The notes under the pieces were generated by a model. That model was not told where the DNA came from. It made no database searches and saw only the letters and a program-made list of their open reading frames with translations. From the NCBI GenBank assembly GCA_964016885.1, contig OZ024741.1, positions 48,856,001-48,920,000 on the forward strand: a stretch of 64,000 nucleotides of DNA. Direction: 5' to 3'. Source of the stretch: Eledone cirrhosa (taxonomy: Eukaryota). Position 1 is the stretch's first letter. Each line of letters begins with the position of its first letter. A program made the position numbers and the translations under genes. Shown piece by piece: positions 1-12,258 of this stretch.

Positions 1-360
1 GTTTTGTGGAACACAGAATAAAACATACTAATCTAACACGTAAAATCCGGAAAAAGCAGATAGTTTCAGAACCTGACCATAGTGCTTTGTTTCGTCTTGT
101 GAAATTTGTGACAAAATATTCCTATCTGTTACCGGCCATAAATCCCACACCAGAGTACACAACAATCAGTCGCATATTGATTATAGCAGCTACTTGCCAG
201 TACACCTTAATCAATGCCATATCGGCAATATTTGTAAAAGACAGGAATGTTTAAAGAGACATGTTAAAGTACATCAAGTGCAGGCACCACAGTCGTTGCC
301 AAAACTTTCCTGTGATTTGTGTGACCAGCTTGGTGCGTTCATACCTGGTCTAAAATGTAG
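1..360 (+). pseudogene. Frameshifted C-terminal fragment with C2H2 zinc fingers, probably the 3' end of a LINE ORF2
   Basis: 98-160 translates CEICDKIFLSVTGHKSHTRVH, a perfect C-x2-C-x12-H-x3-H. Decayed fingers follow in the same frame (CHIGNICKRQECLKRHVKVH; CDLCDQLGAFIPGLK). The upstream basic stretch EHRIKHTNLTRKIRKK is in another frame and resembles the helix preceding the terminal zinc finger of some LINE RTs. Confidence 0.65.
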
Positions 361-1611
361 TATATTTAGTTTGATTTGTAATTATTTATGTAACTAGCCG
401 ATAAATCTTTCGATTTCTTCTTTTTATTTTTATTTTAAACATTCTTCATGGAAAATTAAACTACCCTAAAAGTTGATGCTCCAAATATATCGAATAAATG
501 TTACACTAGATAAACTTCTATATTAAATATAAGAACATATGTAGACCAAATGGGTATCCTAAACTTTTGAAATGATTTCTGCTAGACGTGATTTGGTAAA
601 TAATTTTTAGTTTTATCTGTTTTCGACTCTGATGCTTATAATGAACTTGGCAATATATTGTCAATTAATTTTGAAGGGTTGATCTTTGTGGTCGATTTGC
701 GTGGCATACTATGTTTTTATTTTAATATTTTTTAATATTTTTAATATTTTTATTTTTAATATGTAATATATTTTTTTGTTTTCTGTTTTATTTATTTATT
801 ATTATTTATTATTTATTATTTTTTGTTTTTGTTTCTGATATTTTTATTAATATATTGAAATCTGTTCTCTATTTCTGCTTGATAGATAATCATGTAGAGT
901 AAAGACAAGAATAGTATTGTTAAAATTAATATAGACTCTATATATATGTGTATATATACACATATATGTATACTTAAATTTTTATAGCACAATGAGAATG
1001 TTCTCCGTATGAAATAGGGGTTTGCAGAGTTGATCACGTAAATTCACATCGATGTTTGTAGTTATCATATAAACATATGAATTTTTAAAACTAGACATAA
1101 GATCATTACTTTTCACACATTATAGATACGTGTCTCATTCATGAATACTGATATTTACATTATAGTGCCTGTTTTTTATACGAACTAATATTTCTACATT
1201 GAAACATAGGGTTTTAAAATTCTGCCTCGCCTATGTCTGGTTACTTTTCATTTTTTCTCTATATATAACGGCTGGTTTCTCTCCTAACCACATATATCTC
1301 CCTTACATTAATACTAGAGCTAAATAAATAAATAAATAAATGTATCATTGATACGTCATTCAACGGATGTTCAACTACCTACTTTTCTCTATATATATCT
1401 ATCTCTATCTATTTCCTCTCTCTATATATCTCTCTCTGTTTCTTTACATGAAGTTCTTCTCTTTATCTATCTTTCCATCTCTCTATTTAGTTGCATGCAT
1501 TTCTTCTTTTTCCTCGTTTTCTTTCTTTCTTTCCTTCTTTCTTTCTTTCTTTCTTTCTGTTTACAATTTTTCACTGCCAAATCAACTTTTCAAATACAAG
1601 TCGATGTTGAA

Positions 1612-1760
1612 CGGTATGTCAAATCTATTTATTTATAAAACTGTCTATATTGTATTTTGTCTGAAGAAGGCATAACATATTGTTAATATGATATCCCTGA
1701 AATATATATAATGAAATAAATATGGTTTTATAAATATAGTTTCCATTGATTTAATATCGT
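1612..1760 (+). mobile_element. PLE pLTR-like remnant, family A, ending in (TA)n
   Basis: Diverged homolog of 2055-2208 and 7075-7205 (ggtatgtcaa...tatggttttataaatatagtttccatt); contains a hammerhead motif. Confidence 0.7.
1653..1718 (+). ncRNA. Type-I hammerhead ribozyme, intact core
   Basis: Stem I tattttgt/atgaaata with G-U pairs; CTGAAGA at 1661-1667; stem II aggcataacatat/atatgatatccct; GAAA at 1699-1702; minimal stem III tatata; AUA cleavage triplet ending at 1710. Confidence 0.8.
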
Positions 1761-1914
1761 ATATATATATATATATATATATGTAGAAGTTCTATTTAAA
1801 TTGTTGGGATACAACAAGCAAATATTTTTATAACTGATATAAAGCACTCAACAAATTATTGGAGTAAAAATACGATATATTAACAAATGGAAACTATATT
1901 TATAAAACCATATT

Positions 1915-1979
1915 TATTTAATTATACATATTTCAAGGACACCAAGTTAAATTATGGTGTGCTTTCATCAGATAAAATA
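1915..1979 (-). ncRNA. Type-I hammerhead ribozyme (left-arm copy)
   Basis: Minus strand reads tattttat CTGATGA aagcacacca-taatttaact-tggtgtcctt GAAA tatgta TA attaaata. Confidence 0.8.
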
Positions 1980-2098
1980 TAATATAAATCAGTTTTATAA
2001 ATAAATATTGACATACCCTTAAACCGGGAGCTTCCAACAGAAATGGTCGCATTCTTTAAGGGTATGTCAATATTTATTTATAAAACTGATCTATATTA

Positions 2099-2163
2099 TA
2101 TTTTATCTGATGAAAGCACACCATAATTTAACTTGGTGTCCTTGAAATATGTATAATGAAATA
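2099..2163 (+). ncRNA. Type-I hammerhead ribozyme, intact core
   Basis: Stem I tattttat/atgaaata; CTGATGA at 2107-2113; 10-bp stem II aagcacacca/tggtgtcctt with one mismatch; GAAA at 2144-2147; predicted cleavage after 2155. Confidence 0.85.
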
Positions 2164-2204
2164 AATATGGTTTTATAAATATAGTTTCCATTTGTTAATA
2201 TATC

Positions 2205-2260
<56 letters not shown>

Positions 2261-2560
2261 TCCTTTATGTTCGTGTTGATAGATACAGTTTTCAAGATGG
2301 CCTCACACAAGAGTTTCTAATTTAAACGCAAACGGCGAAAATGTGAGGTTATTTTCATCGCCAACTTATGTTGTTTAATATTTATTTATCCTTGTTCACT
2401 TTATTTTGTAGAAGATATTGAATGATGATGTTGTCTGTGTTAAGATAGAAATGAACGCCATTACAACCTCCCACACTTAAACTATTCACTAACTTCCCTT
2501 CAAATGTTGCTGTCTTGTGAGGAACAATGCAACAACTTGTTCGGTGGTAGAATTGCTGAA

Positions 2561-2884
2561 TCACACAGACATACAGAGTCACACACACATAGGTACACAC
2601 ATACACAGTGGCACATAGGTACACAATACACACATACACACACACACATAGGTACACACGCACCCAGAGGCACACACACACACACACACATAGTTATACA
2701 CGCACTCAGATACACAGGCGCGCACACGCATAGAAACACACATACACACAGAGGTATACACACACACACTGGTACACACGCACTCAGAGGCACACATACA
2801 CGTACACAGTGGCACACACACACGCACACAGCACACACAGAGGCATATAAACACATATCGGTGCACACGCACTCAGAGGCACAC

Positions 2885-2952
<68 letters not shown>

Positions 2953-3056
2953 GCACACACTTAAACTGAAGCATACACACAGGTACACACACAGAGACAC
3001 ACATAGAAGTATACACACAGACAGAGGTATACATACACACACAGAAGAACACACAC
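2561..3056. repeat. Degenerate (CA)n with an embedded (AG)n tract (2889-2950)
   Basis: Direct inspection. Confidence 0.95.
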
Positions 3057-3261
3057 GATCTTAGTCAGCCTATGAATCTTTCAGCCGACCGTCGTAATTT
3101 TCAGTGACATTCATCTTGGCACAGTGTGTAACATGACTGTCCCCATTGAATTACTGGTACAGTCCATCTATTAGGCTTCCAAACAGTTTCTGTTTGCCCT
3201 GTGGAGGACAAATGAGACCCTGTGCTAGTTAAGTTATAAGGCTCCTCACTTAGATCCTGAA

Positions 3262-3616
3262 GGAGGTAACGTTACTCGGTAAAGTACGTAGCTTAGAGAT
3301 CAGAGAGTCACTCTAAGTAGAGCCGCTACTTCCCTGAATCGAGAGATCACAGCTCCGATACTATGGACATGTGGTTAGAATGTCCCAGGAAATAATTGCT
3401 GGACAGATTTTACGGGCAAGCCCAACCAATAGAAAACCCCGGGGTAGATCCTGAGCAAGATGGTTGGATAACATCCATGAGCTTGGCTGGTCTCACTTGG
3501 GGATCCAGCCGGATCAGTTGGAGACGGTTACTTCTGACAGGACCCGCTAGAGGGAGTGTTTGAGAACTCTGTCTCAGCAATAACTGGGAAAAGAAGAAGA
3601 AGAAGAAGAAGAAGAA
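3262..3616 (+). mobile_element. RTE-clade LINE 3' fragment with (GAA)n tail
   Basis: Translates with stops to VTLLGKVRSLEIRESL*VEPLLP*IERSQLRYYGHVVRMSQE...RKPRGRS*ARWLDNIHELGW, matching the RTE C-terminal GHV.RM...RPRGRP..RW motifs; ends in gaa repeats. Confidence 0.9.
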
Positions 3617-3689
3617 TATTGCTCCCCCTCCCTCCCTGGCCAACGGGGCCTGTGTTTAAGCACACCTAAACACAATGGTAAATCCCGGC

Positions 3690-3815
3690 TCTGCGTCTAC
3701 CTAATTCCACTCACAAAGCCGTGGTAAATAATTCTAACCCAAATTACTACAGAGTGGGCTCGAACAGGGGCCCTAAGGATTAGGGAACAAACTCTTTAAT
3801 CATTCGGTTATGCTG
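3690..3815 (-). mobile_element. Decayed tRNA-derived SINE fragment
   Basis: Minus strand has A-box-like taaccgaatgattaa and B-box-like gttcgagccc; the body motif ttccactcacaaag is shared with 11920-12110. Confidence 0.5.
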
Positions 3816-3984
3816 TGTTTATATACACACATAAACACATGCACACGCACACACATTCATACACATACACACACATACACACTCACACATACACACACAC
3901 ACATACACATACACATAAACGAAACAAAATTTTGATTTTACTCACCATTCACTGACTTGGCTTATATTAAAAAAACAAAAAAAC

Positions 3985-4053
3985 ATTGGCAAGTTAATTG
4001 AGAGGGGAATCTACGTGGTAATATGCTCTGCTAGAGATAGCACCCTCATATGG

Positions 4054-4089
<36 letters not shown>

Positions 4090-4370
4090 TTAACGAATTA
4101 ATTGAGAGGGGAATCTACGTGGTAATATGCTCTGCTAGAGATAGCAGCCAAATCTCCCTCATATCGACAACAGCAACAACAATAATATTGGCGAGTTAAC
4201 TGAGAGGGGAATCTACGTGGTCATATGCCCTGCTTTAAGATAGCAGCCAAATCTCCCTCATGACAACAACAATATTAACGAGTTAATTGAGAGGGCAATC
4301 TACGTGGTCATTTGCTCTGCTAAAGATAGCAGCCAAATTTCCCTCATATCGACAACAACTACAACAACAA
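3985..4370. repeat. Four tandem ~87-104-bp units separated by variable (CAA)n
   Basis: gagagg(g/c)gaatctacgtggt-like core ...tgct...gatagca(gccaaatct)ccctca starting at 4000, 4104, 4202 and 4289. Confidence 0.92.
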
Positions 4371-4527
4371 GCTTCTTCTGTTCCACATTTAGCCACATCT
4401 TCGTCCTTTAAATACACAACAACGGACTTGTCTGTTAAATATTACCCAAGTAAATAAATAGATTAGTGCAGCTGAACATATTTCGAATGAATTTCTGTAT
4501 ATACATACATATATGTATGTATGTAAC

Positions 4528-4650
<123 letters not shown>

Positions 4651-4850
4651 TATATATATAAATACATAAATACATAATCGGAGAAAGCTAATAGCGATAC
4701 TCCGGCCAAATTCCAACTCACTCAACAAACATTAGGAAATACCTGAGTATATTCCCAATTAAACGTTCGGGGTGCTAACTAATTGTATTGTGTGGAAAAT
4801 TGGCTGTATCATTTCATATGAGATATATCAAATATATCTCTTCCCAGACG

Positions 4851-4931
4851 GACGTCTCGTTTCATTATAAGATTTCTACAAGTTGGGTGAAATTATACCA
4901 ATTTATGTAGAAGCTTGTATAAGATCAACAG
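4851..4931 (-). ncRNA. Degenerate hammerhead-like motif
   Basis: Minus strand reads CTGTTGA, a long imperfect stem II (ttctaca/tgtagaa), then GAAA cgagacg TC. Core A6 is mutated and stem I is poor. Confidence 0.4.
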
Positions 4932-5247
4932 ATACTTATTCAAGTGGGCTCTTATAATTCTTCAGTGGGTGCCCAATAATATGAATCTTGATAACCAAAT
5001 CAACATCAATATTTAGCGATAATCGCCACCAGTGCTTGAGGGAACTGCTAGGTTGTTAGTCCATCAGTTCTAAAGAAAATCTCACACTGTCTCGAAAATA
5101 GGAGGAAGGAGATTACCGCCAAAAAACAATACATGCGCAGGTCAATGAATTCTGAAAAGAATTCAAGCCACGTGCTAGAACTCAACTGGATTTGAAAAAA
5201 TAACCATATGTGCGCATCGCTTGATGACACACATAGATATCTATATA

Positions 5248-6499
5248 TCTATATATATATAAAACAGAGGATGTCTGTCTGTGTGTCTGTTTCCCTAAAA
5301 CTCGAGAAGTACCCAACCGTTTTTTTTCAAACTTTACGCATGTAACCCGTATGGCCCTGGAAGTGTTTTGAGAAAAAAAAAATTATTTCAAATTATTCTG
5401 ACCTAGGGATCGAATTAGTGAAGTGGCCAATGTCTGTACATAATGAGGGAGTGAGAGGGGAGAGAAAGAAACGGAGAGGCGAAGTGAAGAAGTGGCTCTC
5501 TACTCCTCCTCCTCCTTCTCCCCATTCGTCACAGCGTCTTTCGATAGAGGGAAGAAATGTGAACGAATTACAGAGAGAAAGAGTGAGAGTAAAAGAAACA
5601 GACAGACTAAAAGAGGGGGATAGCGGGAGAGAGAGAGTGACAGACGCCGTCTTTTGAGAGTTGTATGCGTCAAAGATACATGACAGTGGGATAACTATTG
5701 CGTGTGTGTGTACGTGCGCGCGTGTGAGTGTGAGTTTGTGTGCGTTTGCATGCGTGAGTGTGTATGTGTGCGTGAATGATTATAAACTCTCTCACATGAT
5801 CTGATTGAATTAACCCTTTAGCATTTACATTACTCTATATATACTATATTATTTTCATGGTAAAGGCTTTATCTCACATAATATAAAAATCTCATAGATT
5901 TAATATTATTTATTTTGAGAACAATACCTTAACCCTTTAGTATTAATGTGAGTGAGTTATAAAGAGAAAGAATGAGAGTGAAAGAAACAGACAGACTAAA
6001 AGAGGGGGATAGCGGGAGAGAGACGCTGGAAGAGGGGAAGGAAAGCTGTCTGCATTACGATACATATATATACACACACACACTGATCGCGTCATAATGA
6101 CGTAATGCAGACAGCCAGACATACAGACATATATTATAAGGGCGCAACGTTATATCTATGTATCTATCTAAAAAGAAAGACCAAGAATTATAGAGAGAGA
6201 TCGCTAAATCGCCTAATGCGGTCCCTACGACATTGAAAATTTGAAATATTTTGCTCAAAACACTCACAGGAGTATTACATGTGTAAAGTTTGAAAACAAT
6301 CGGTTGGGTGGTTCTCAAGTTTTAGTGAGCTGACAGACAGATATTCTCTGTTTTAGATATATATATAATTATATATTCGTGTACAGATATTTTTGCATAC
6401 ACAATAACAAAATATAAATAAACGTATTTATTTCACGAGGCTCAATAAGGATATATAAGAACCCTAGAGCAAATCCCGAGTAACGCCGGGCCATTCTTG
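5248..6499 (+). mobile_element. Non-autonomous Helitron-like element with a nested inverted copy of its 5' end
   Basis: Starts a|TCtatatatatataaaacagaggatgtctgtctgt. The 3' hairpin cccg-agtaacgc-cggg (6475-6490) is followed by CTTG|t, a decayed CTAG. 6234-6360 is the reverse-complement homolog of 5255-5395. Confidence 0.65.
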
Positions 6500-7074
6500 T
6501 CAAACTTATCTCATAATAACTAATAAATAAATATTACTGGATTTTCAATATTTTTCCAATGTAAAACATTATACATTTAAATAATTTTTCATCTATAACA
6601 TGACATACTCATCTGTACTCACATTCTTATTAATATATTTTATTTTAATATATCTTTGTTTTTTAACATATCTTTATTTTTAATATAAATATAGCATAAA
6701 AACATGATGTATTTACGATATACGTACTCATCCTTGGATAAGCTTATTTCTTCGCACTTCCTTCACTTTTTTCACTATAACTCTGCAAGTAATAATATTT
6801 TCTTTTTTCTCTCTTTCCTTTTCTCTCTTCTTTCTCTTTTTCTCTCTCTTTTTTTCTCTCTATTTTAGTCTAAAATTAAGACTATAAAACTATAAAAATG
6901 AAGACTATAAAACTATAAAAATTAAGGCTATAAAAAACTATAAAAAGTTTTAAGAGATTTAAAAAAAAAATTTTCGGACATTCATTTGCATACTTACACA
7001 GAACTTTGAATTACTCTCAATAAAAATTTTTTCCACTATCCAGCGAACCTTCAACCGTCAAGGTTGTTTTTCTA

Positions 7075-7690
<616 letters not shown>

Positions 7691-7720
7691 TAACCTTCGT
7701 TTTGTGTAGTAAATTACACT

Positions 7721-7812
<92 letters not shown>

Positions 7813-7846
7813 CATAAGTATCAAAGTTATGTTTAAATCATTTAAT

Positions 7847-7893
7847 CGCTGACAATTGTTTCTTCCAAACTTAAGTTTGGAGTCCTCGGATCA
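7847..7893 (-). ncRNA. Degenerate hammerhead (U4C) with palindromic stem III
   Basis: Minus strand reads CCGAGGA c tccaaac-ttaa-gtttgga a GAAA caattg TC. Confidence 0.6.
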
Positions 7894-8685
7894 TTATCAA
7901 TGTTTGTACATATAATTAACCTCCTATTCAACTGAAGAATCATACAGATACATATATATTGATGTTGTGGACAACAGTTTCATGTTTACAGGGTGGAATG
8001 GATGCGACATATATTATATGAGAATTGTACAATAATTCAAATTAAGATTAAAAATAAAAATTAAAAATTAAAAATTAAATGCAAAGAGTGGAATACATGC
8101 GACAGATAATATAATTAATAATTAAAGAGATAGTACATGCGTTAGTCATATATATAAAGGAATGGAACAAGCAAATGTATTATGCATATATGAGTACTGT
8201 ATCGCAAGGTATTACATAAAATACAAGCACTTTAAGCGAATATGTTAGTGTATTATGGGGGATGCAATGCAATGATATTTTCTGTATAGTTCAAATTTGT
8301 ATGTGTGTAGAATATGAGAGTTACAGATTTCACATCCATTACATATGTTAAGTTATATTTGTATTGAATGTTTGTTATAGTAATGGATTGTAACTTGGTG
8401 TTATTGTATTCATATTCATGGATTAGAGTTGTTCTACTGCGAGAATTTTTAACGGTTTAATATCCGGAAGTGGATATGGAATTAAGGGGAGCTAATGCGT
8501 AAGGGGAGGTAACTAGCTCATTATAATTCCTTGCTCTAATAGACATTATATAGTGTCACAATTGAATCCCTTATACAAAATGTTATATATTTATATTTAA
8601 TTTTAAATGCAGTCTACTCTCTCATAATATATTAAAGGTTTCATTAGATTGTTGTCTACCCAATATTATATAGTGCCACAATTGA

Positions 8686-8748
<63 letters not shown>

Positions 8749-8805
8749 TTCGTTTCTGAATTTGTTTAGCAAGATTCTTTATCTGAAAACGTGTGTTGAA
8801 ACCGA

Positions 8806-9096
8806 TATTGTTATACTTTGGGAGGGCCATGTTGCCAATAAGAAACACACGCACCAGTTGCTTTCACTTCAATTTATTATAAATTAAATTTATAAATTCA
8901 AGAATTTATAAATTTCCGGTTGGTTGGTTGGTTCCACAACCAGATGATTGTTTAGAAACAATCATCTGGTTGTGGAACCAACCAACCAACCAGAAATTTA
9001 TAAATTCTTGAATTTATAAATTTATTATAATAAATTGAAGTGAAAGCAACTGGTGCGTGTGTTTCTTATTGGCAACATGACCCTCCCAAAGTATAT

Positions 9097-9104
<8 letters not shown>
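8806..9104. repeat. ~300-bp palindrome flanked by (TA)n, PLE-like family B
   Basis: Centre gattgttt-ag-aaacaatc at 8954/8955 with near-identical arms. The left arm extends to about 8750 and is homologous to 18605-18680. Confidence 0.93.
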
Positions 9105-9129
<25 letters not shown>

Positions 9130-9210
9130 ACGAAGGAAATGTGGTAAGGAACCAGGTGGACCATAACGCACCAAAGTACTCAATACTTGGGGTAGTAGAG
9201 TGGGTAATAG

Positions 9211-9288
9211 GAACCAGTAAGACCCCGACAGCTGAGCTCAAGCCGTTTCGTCGAAACGGCTTGAGCTCAGCTGTCGGGGTCTTACTGG

Positions 9289-9291
<3 letters not shown>
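9211..9291. repeat. Perfect 40+1+40-bp palindrome whose arms are hammerhead 3' halves
   Basis: gaaccagtaagaccccgacagctgagctcaagccgtttcg-t-cgaaacggcttgagctcagctgtcggggtcttactggttc. Each arm reads GAAA CGGC ttgagctca GCTG TC gggg. Confidence 0.95.
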
Positions 9292-9358
<67 letters not shown>

Positions 9359-9401
9359 AAAGATAACAAGGACGATTGGTTACTCCTTCATTATATTTAT
9401 T

Positions 9402-9433
9402 GGTTGGTGACGCGCGTTTCGCCACTGATCAGT
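9402..9433 (-). ncRNA. Hammerhead 3' half, truncated in stem II
   Basis: Minus strand reads actgatcagtggc GAAA cgcgcg TC accaacc, followed by aataaa and later (TA)n. Confidence 0.55.
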
Positions 9434-9500
9434 CAAGGTTCGATCTGTATCGATCTTACCCGACTCTGTAATCTGCGGCTCGACGGACCCCTTGAAATGC

Positions 9501-9534
9501 TGGTCACAGCGAAAACATGTTTTCGCTGTGACCA
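9501..9534. repeat. Perfect 34-bp palindrome
   Basis: tggtcacagcgaaaaca|tgttttcgctgtgacca. Confidence 0.95.
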
Positions 9535-10061
9535 TTCTTCTCTCCCCTTCTACCTACCTATTTCGCTACTATCTACTCTCACCCTCTTTCTTCCTCCCTC
9601 TCACTTTCACTCATCCTCTCTACCAGTCTTCTCTCTTCTTCTACCTAACTATTTCGTTACTATCTACTCTTACCCTACTTTCTTCCTCTCACTTTCACTC
9701 CCTCGCCTCTAGTAGTCCTTTTCTCACTTATAACTGCTGGGATCAGACGTGTGTCTTTTTTCTCTCGTCCACACAGTCTTGAACTTAAGTTCTCTCATCG
9801 TGTGGGTTTGGATTGTCTTATCTTAAGTTACTCGCCCATTGCTCGGTTTGTTGTTTTTTTCGCTGTTTTCTCTTTTCTTCTCTTTTGTTTTCCTTTCCTC
9901 CCCCCTCCGTGTTCCCAATAACTTACCCAGTTATTGATGCTCTGGGCGGTAGATATATTGTCTTTAAAGCATAGAAATATCCGAGACCCCTAGTAGACAA
10001 CTGATGAGGAACCCCCCCCCCCCCGTTATTGCTTTCCTTTTATTACCACTCCATTTTAAAC

Positions 10062-10135
<74 letters not shown>

Positions 10136-10479
10136 ATCAGGATAACTGACAACAGAAAACAAAACAAGGCAGAACGAAATTCTTTTTGAAAACAACAAAC
10201 AATGGCAAAAAAAATTACAACACAGAACGCCAAGGTCATCAGCCGTTAGATGAACTTAGGCAGTTTTGACCCCTACCAAAGGCACTGCGCGTGTGTGAGA
10301 GGGTGAGAGAGAGAGGTACGAAGATATAAAATGTGGGCAATTTAAGAATAAAGGAAGACTTGTTTATATGTAGACTCAGCCCACAAATCAATCACAGAAT
10401 GGAACTCAGCACACAATACTTGACATAAAAGGATACACCACACACACACGCACAACCTAAATACACAACAATTTACACA

Positions 10480-11037
10480 AGAAACTGTGTCAAAAATTGT
10501 GTTCTAGAAACTGAGTGCTAGAAATTGTGTACTAGAAATACGTCTGCCAGAAAGATTGTGCCAGAAATTGTATTCTAGAAATTGTGTGCGAGAAATTGTG
10601 TGCTAGAAATATTTTACCAGAAATTGTCTCCTAGAACTTGTGTAGCAGAAATTGTGTGTTGGAAATTGCCTGTCAGAATTTGTGTGCCAGAAATAGTGTT
10701 CTAGAAATTGCGTGCCAGACATTGTGTACCAGAAATTGTGTGTTAGAAACTGTGTTCTAGAAAGTGAGAGCCAGAATTTGTGTACCAGAAACTGTGTTCT
10801 AGAAATTGCGTGCCAGAAATTGTGTTCTAGAAATTGTGTACCAATAATTGCGTGCCAGAAATTGTGTTCTGGAAATTCTGGAGCAGAAATTGTGTTCTAG
10901 AAATTGTGTACCAGAAATTATGTTCTAGAAATTGTGTGCTAGAAATTGTTCTAGTAATTGTGTGCCAGAAAATGTGTTCTAGAAACTGTGTACTAGAAAT
11001 TGTGCGCTAGAAATTGTGTTAGAAATTATGTGCCAGA
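10480..11037. repeat. 14-bp minisatellite, about 40 copies
   Basis: Consensus AGAAATTGTGT(T/G/A)C(T/C). Confidence 0.95.
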
Positions 11038-11285
11038 TAAAGTTGATTGTTTCTTGAGTCGTGGAGCTGAGTAGTTTTCGAATTATTACTTATATCAAAC
11101 TGCATGACAACACATTGATTCTGTGTTACATAGCTGTTTATTATAGACTCTTTATATTTATTTCCATTTCTTACATCCTCATTTTATGCAAAACCATTTT
11201 ATTATGTTATGTTCCAAACACCAGCTTAATAATGAGAAAGTTATAGTACTAAATCCGTCCAAATTCTTGATTATTTTCAAATTAG

Positions 11286-11661
11286 GCAGGGGTTCCTCCG
11301 AAAGGTCTTTGGAGTAACATTACTCGATAAAGTGGGTAGCTCGGGAATCAGAGAGTCACTCCAGGTAGAACCGCTACTTCTCAGAATTGAGAGACCAAGG
11401 CTTCAATACTACGGGCTTGTGGTTAGAATGTCTCAGGAAAGAATCGCTGGACAGAATTTATGGGCAAAACCAACTGGCAGGAAACCCAGAGCAAAATGGC
11501 TGGATAACATCCATGAACTTGGCTGGTCACGCTTGGGGATCTAGCCGGATCAGTTGGAGACGGTTACTTCTGACAGGATCCGCTGGAGGGAGGGTTTGAG
11601 GACTATGCCCCCCCCCCCCCACGGCCCTCTCAGGAATAAGTGGGCGAAGAAGAAGAAGAAG
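11286..11661 (+). mobile_element. RTE-clade LINE 3' fragment with (GAA)n tail (same family as 3262-3616)
   Basis: ORF 11332-11544 reads IRESLQVEPLLLRIERPRLQYYGLVVRMSQE...KWLDNIHELGWSRLGI. Confidence 0.9.
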
Positions 11662-11770
11662 GCAGCTTATTTAATTAGAATTATGATATCGAAAGGGTTA
11701 ATACAGACCGAATACTGATGTAATACAGGGACATACAATAGATAGGTCAGACGTATTATTGTTGTTATTG

Positions 11771-11820
11771 TTGGACCTCCGTCGGTTTCGACGATAAGTA
11801 ATCTAGTTGTTCGATCAGCA
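11771..11820 (-). ncRNA. Degenerate hammerhead-like motif
   Basis: Minus strand reads CTGAT(c)GA acaa...tcgtc GAAA cc gacgga gg TC; the core has a one-base insertion. Confidence 0.45.
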
Positions 11821-11919
11821 GAGTATCTTGCTACTGAAATTAACGTGTAAGTGAACGAGCATTCCACAGATGCGTGTACACATAACCTAATTCTCGATGG
11901 GGGGTAAGGGGGGATTTAG

Positions 11920-12110
11920 CGTGTGATAGAGCCGGCTCTTTGAAATTACAGGTGCTGGCCATCCGACGGGATTTCAAACAGTTTCTGTCCGCCCTGTTTC
12001 ACTCACAAGAAAAGGTCGACCCTATGCTATGGTATGAAACCTCCCTCAGATGCCTTTGATTCAGCGATTTAATGATTGCAAATCGAACTTCGGCTATTCG
12101 GCTATGCTAT
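11920..12110 (-). mobile_element. Decayed SINE fragment
   Basis: The motif cagtttctgtcc...tttcactcacaag is shared with 3690-3720; the 5' head is highly decayed. Confidence 0.4.
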
Positions 12111-12258
12111 GTCCATTCAGAAGTGTTCAACTGAGCGGTGAATCACACAGCGAGCTCAAGTCCCATCATTGATGTAATAAAATCTAAAGAAAGATTTGCC
12201 AGTGACAAAAAGAAACAGAGATATGAACAAACGTGTAGGAAATCTAATAGTCAATTAC

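Larger units (their letters stand above)
1870..2208. repeat. Long inverted repeat (~154-bp arms, ~31-bp spacer) of family A pLTR-like sequence
   Basis: 1870-2023 is the near-perfect reverse complement of 2055-2208; the right arm runs into (TA)n. Confidence 0.95.

Noticed and set aside
1-397. Intact host C2H2 zinc-finger gene
   Set aside because: It is frameshifted, two fingers lack ligands, and there are no TGEKP linkers; a retroelement tail fits better.
2297-2490. RPL39-like start (MASHKSF*FKRK) followed by an intron-like gtgagg...ttgtag segment
   Set aside because: There is an immediate stop and the rest of the protein cannot be traced; the match is too short to support without a search.
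3985-4370. CRISPR-like repeat/spacer pattern
   Set aside because: The spacers are (CAA)n, the repeats are too long and diverged, and the context is eukaryotic.
7900-8690. GIY-YIG or RT coding remnant upstream of the 7847 hammerhead
   Set aside because: I could not recover convincing motifs by eye; a frameshift-aware tBLASTn or HMM search is needed.
8780-8810. ctgaaaa-cgtgtgtt-gaaa-ccga-ta as a hammerhead
   Set aside because: The core is mutated, stems I and II do not pair convincingly, the homolog near 18630 does not conserve it, and it points inward unlike the other motifs.
9995-10245. CTGATGA motifs at 10001 (+) and about 10237 (-) as hammerheads
   Set aside because: Neither has a downstream GAAA or stem III; at most they are fragments.
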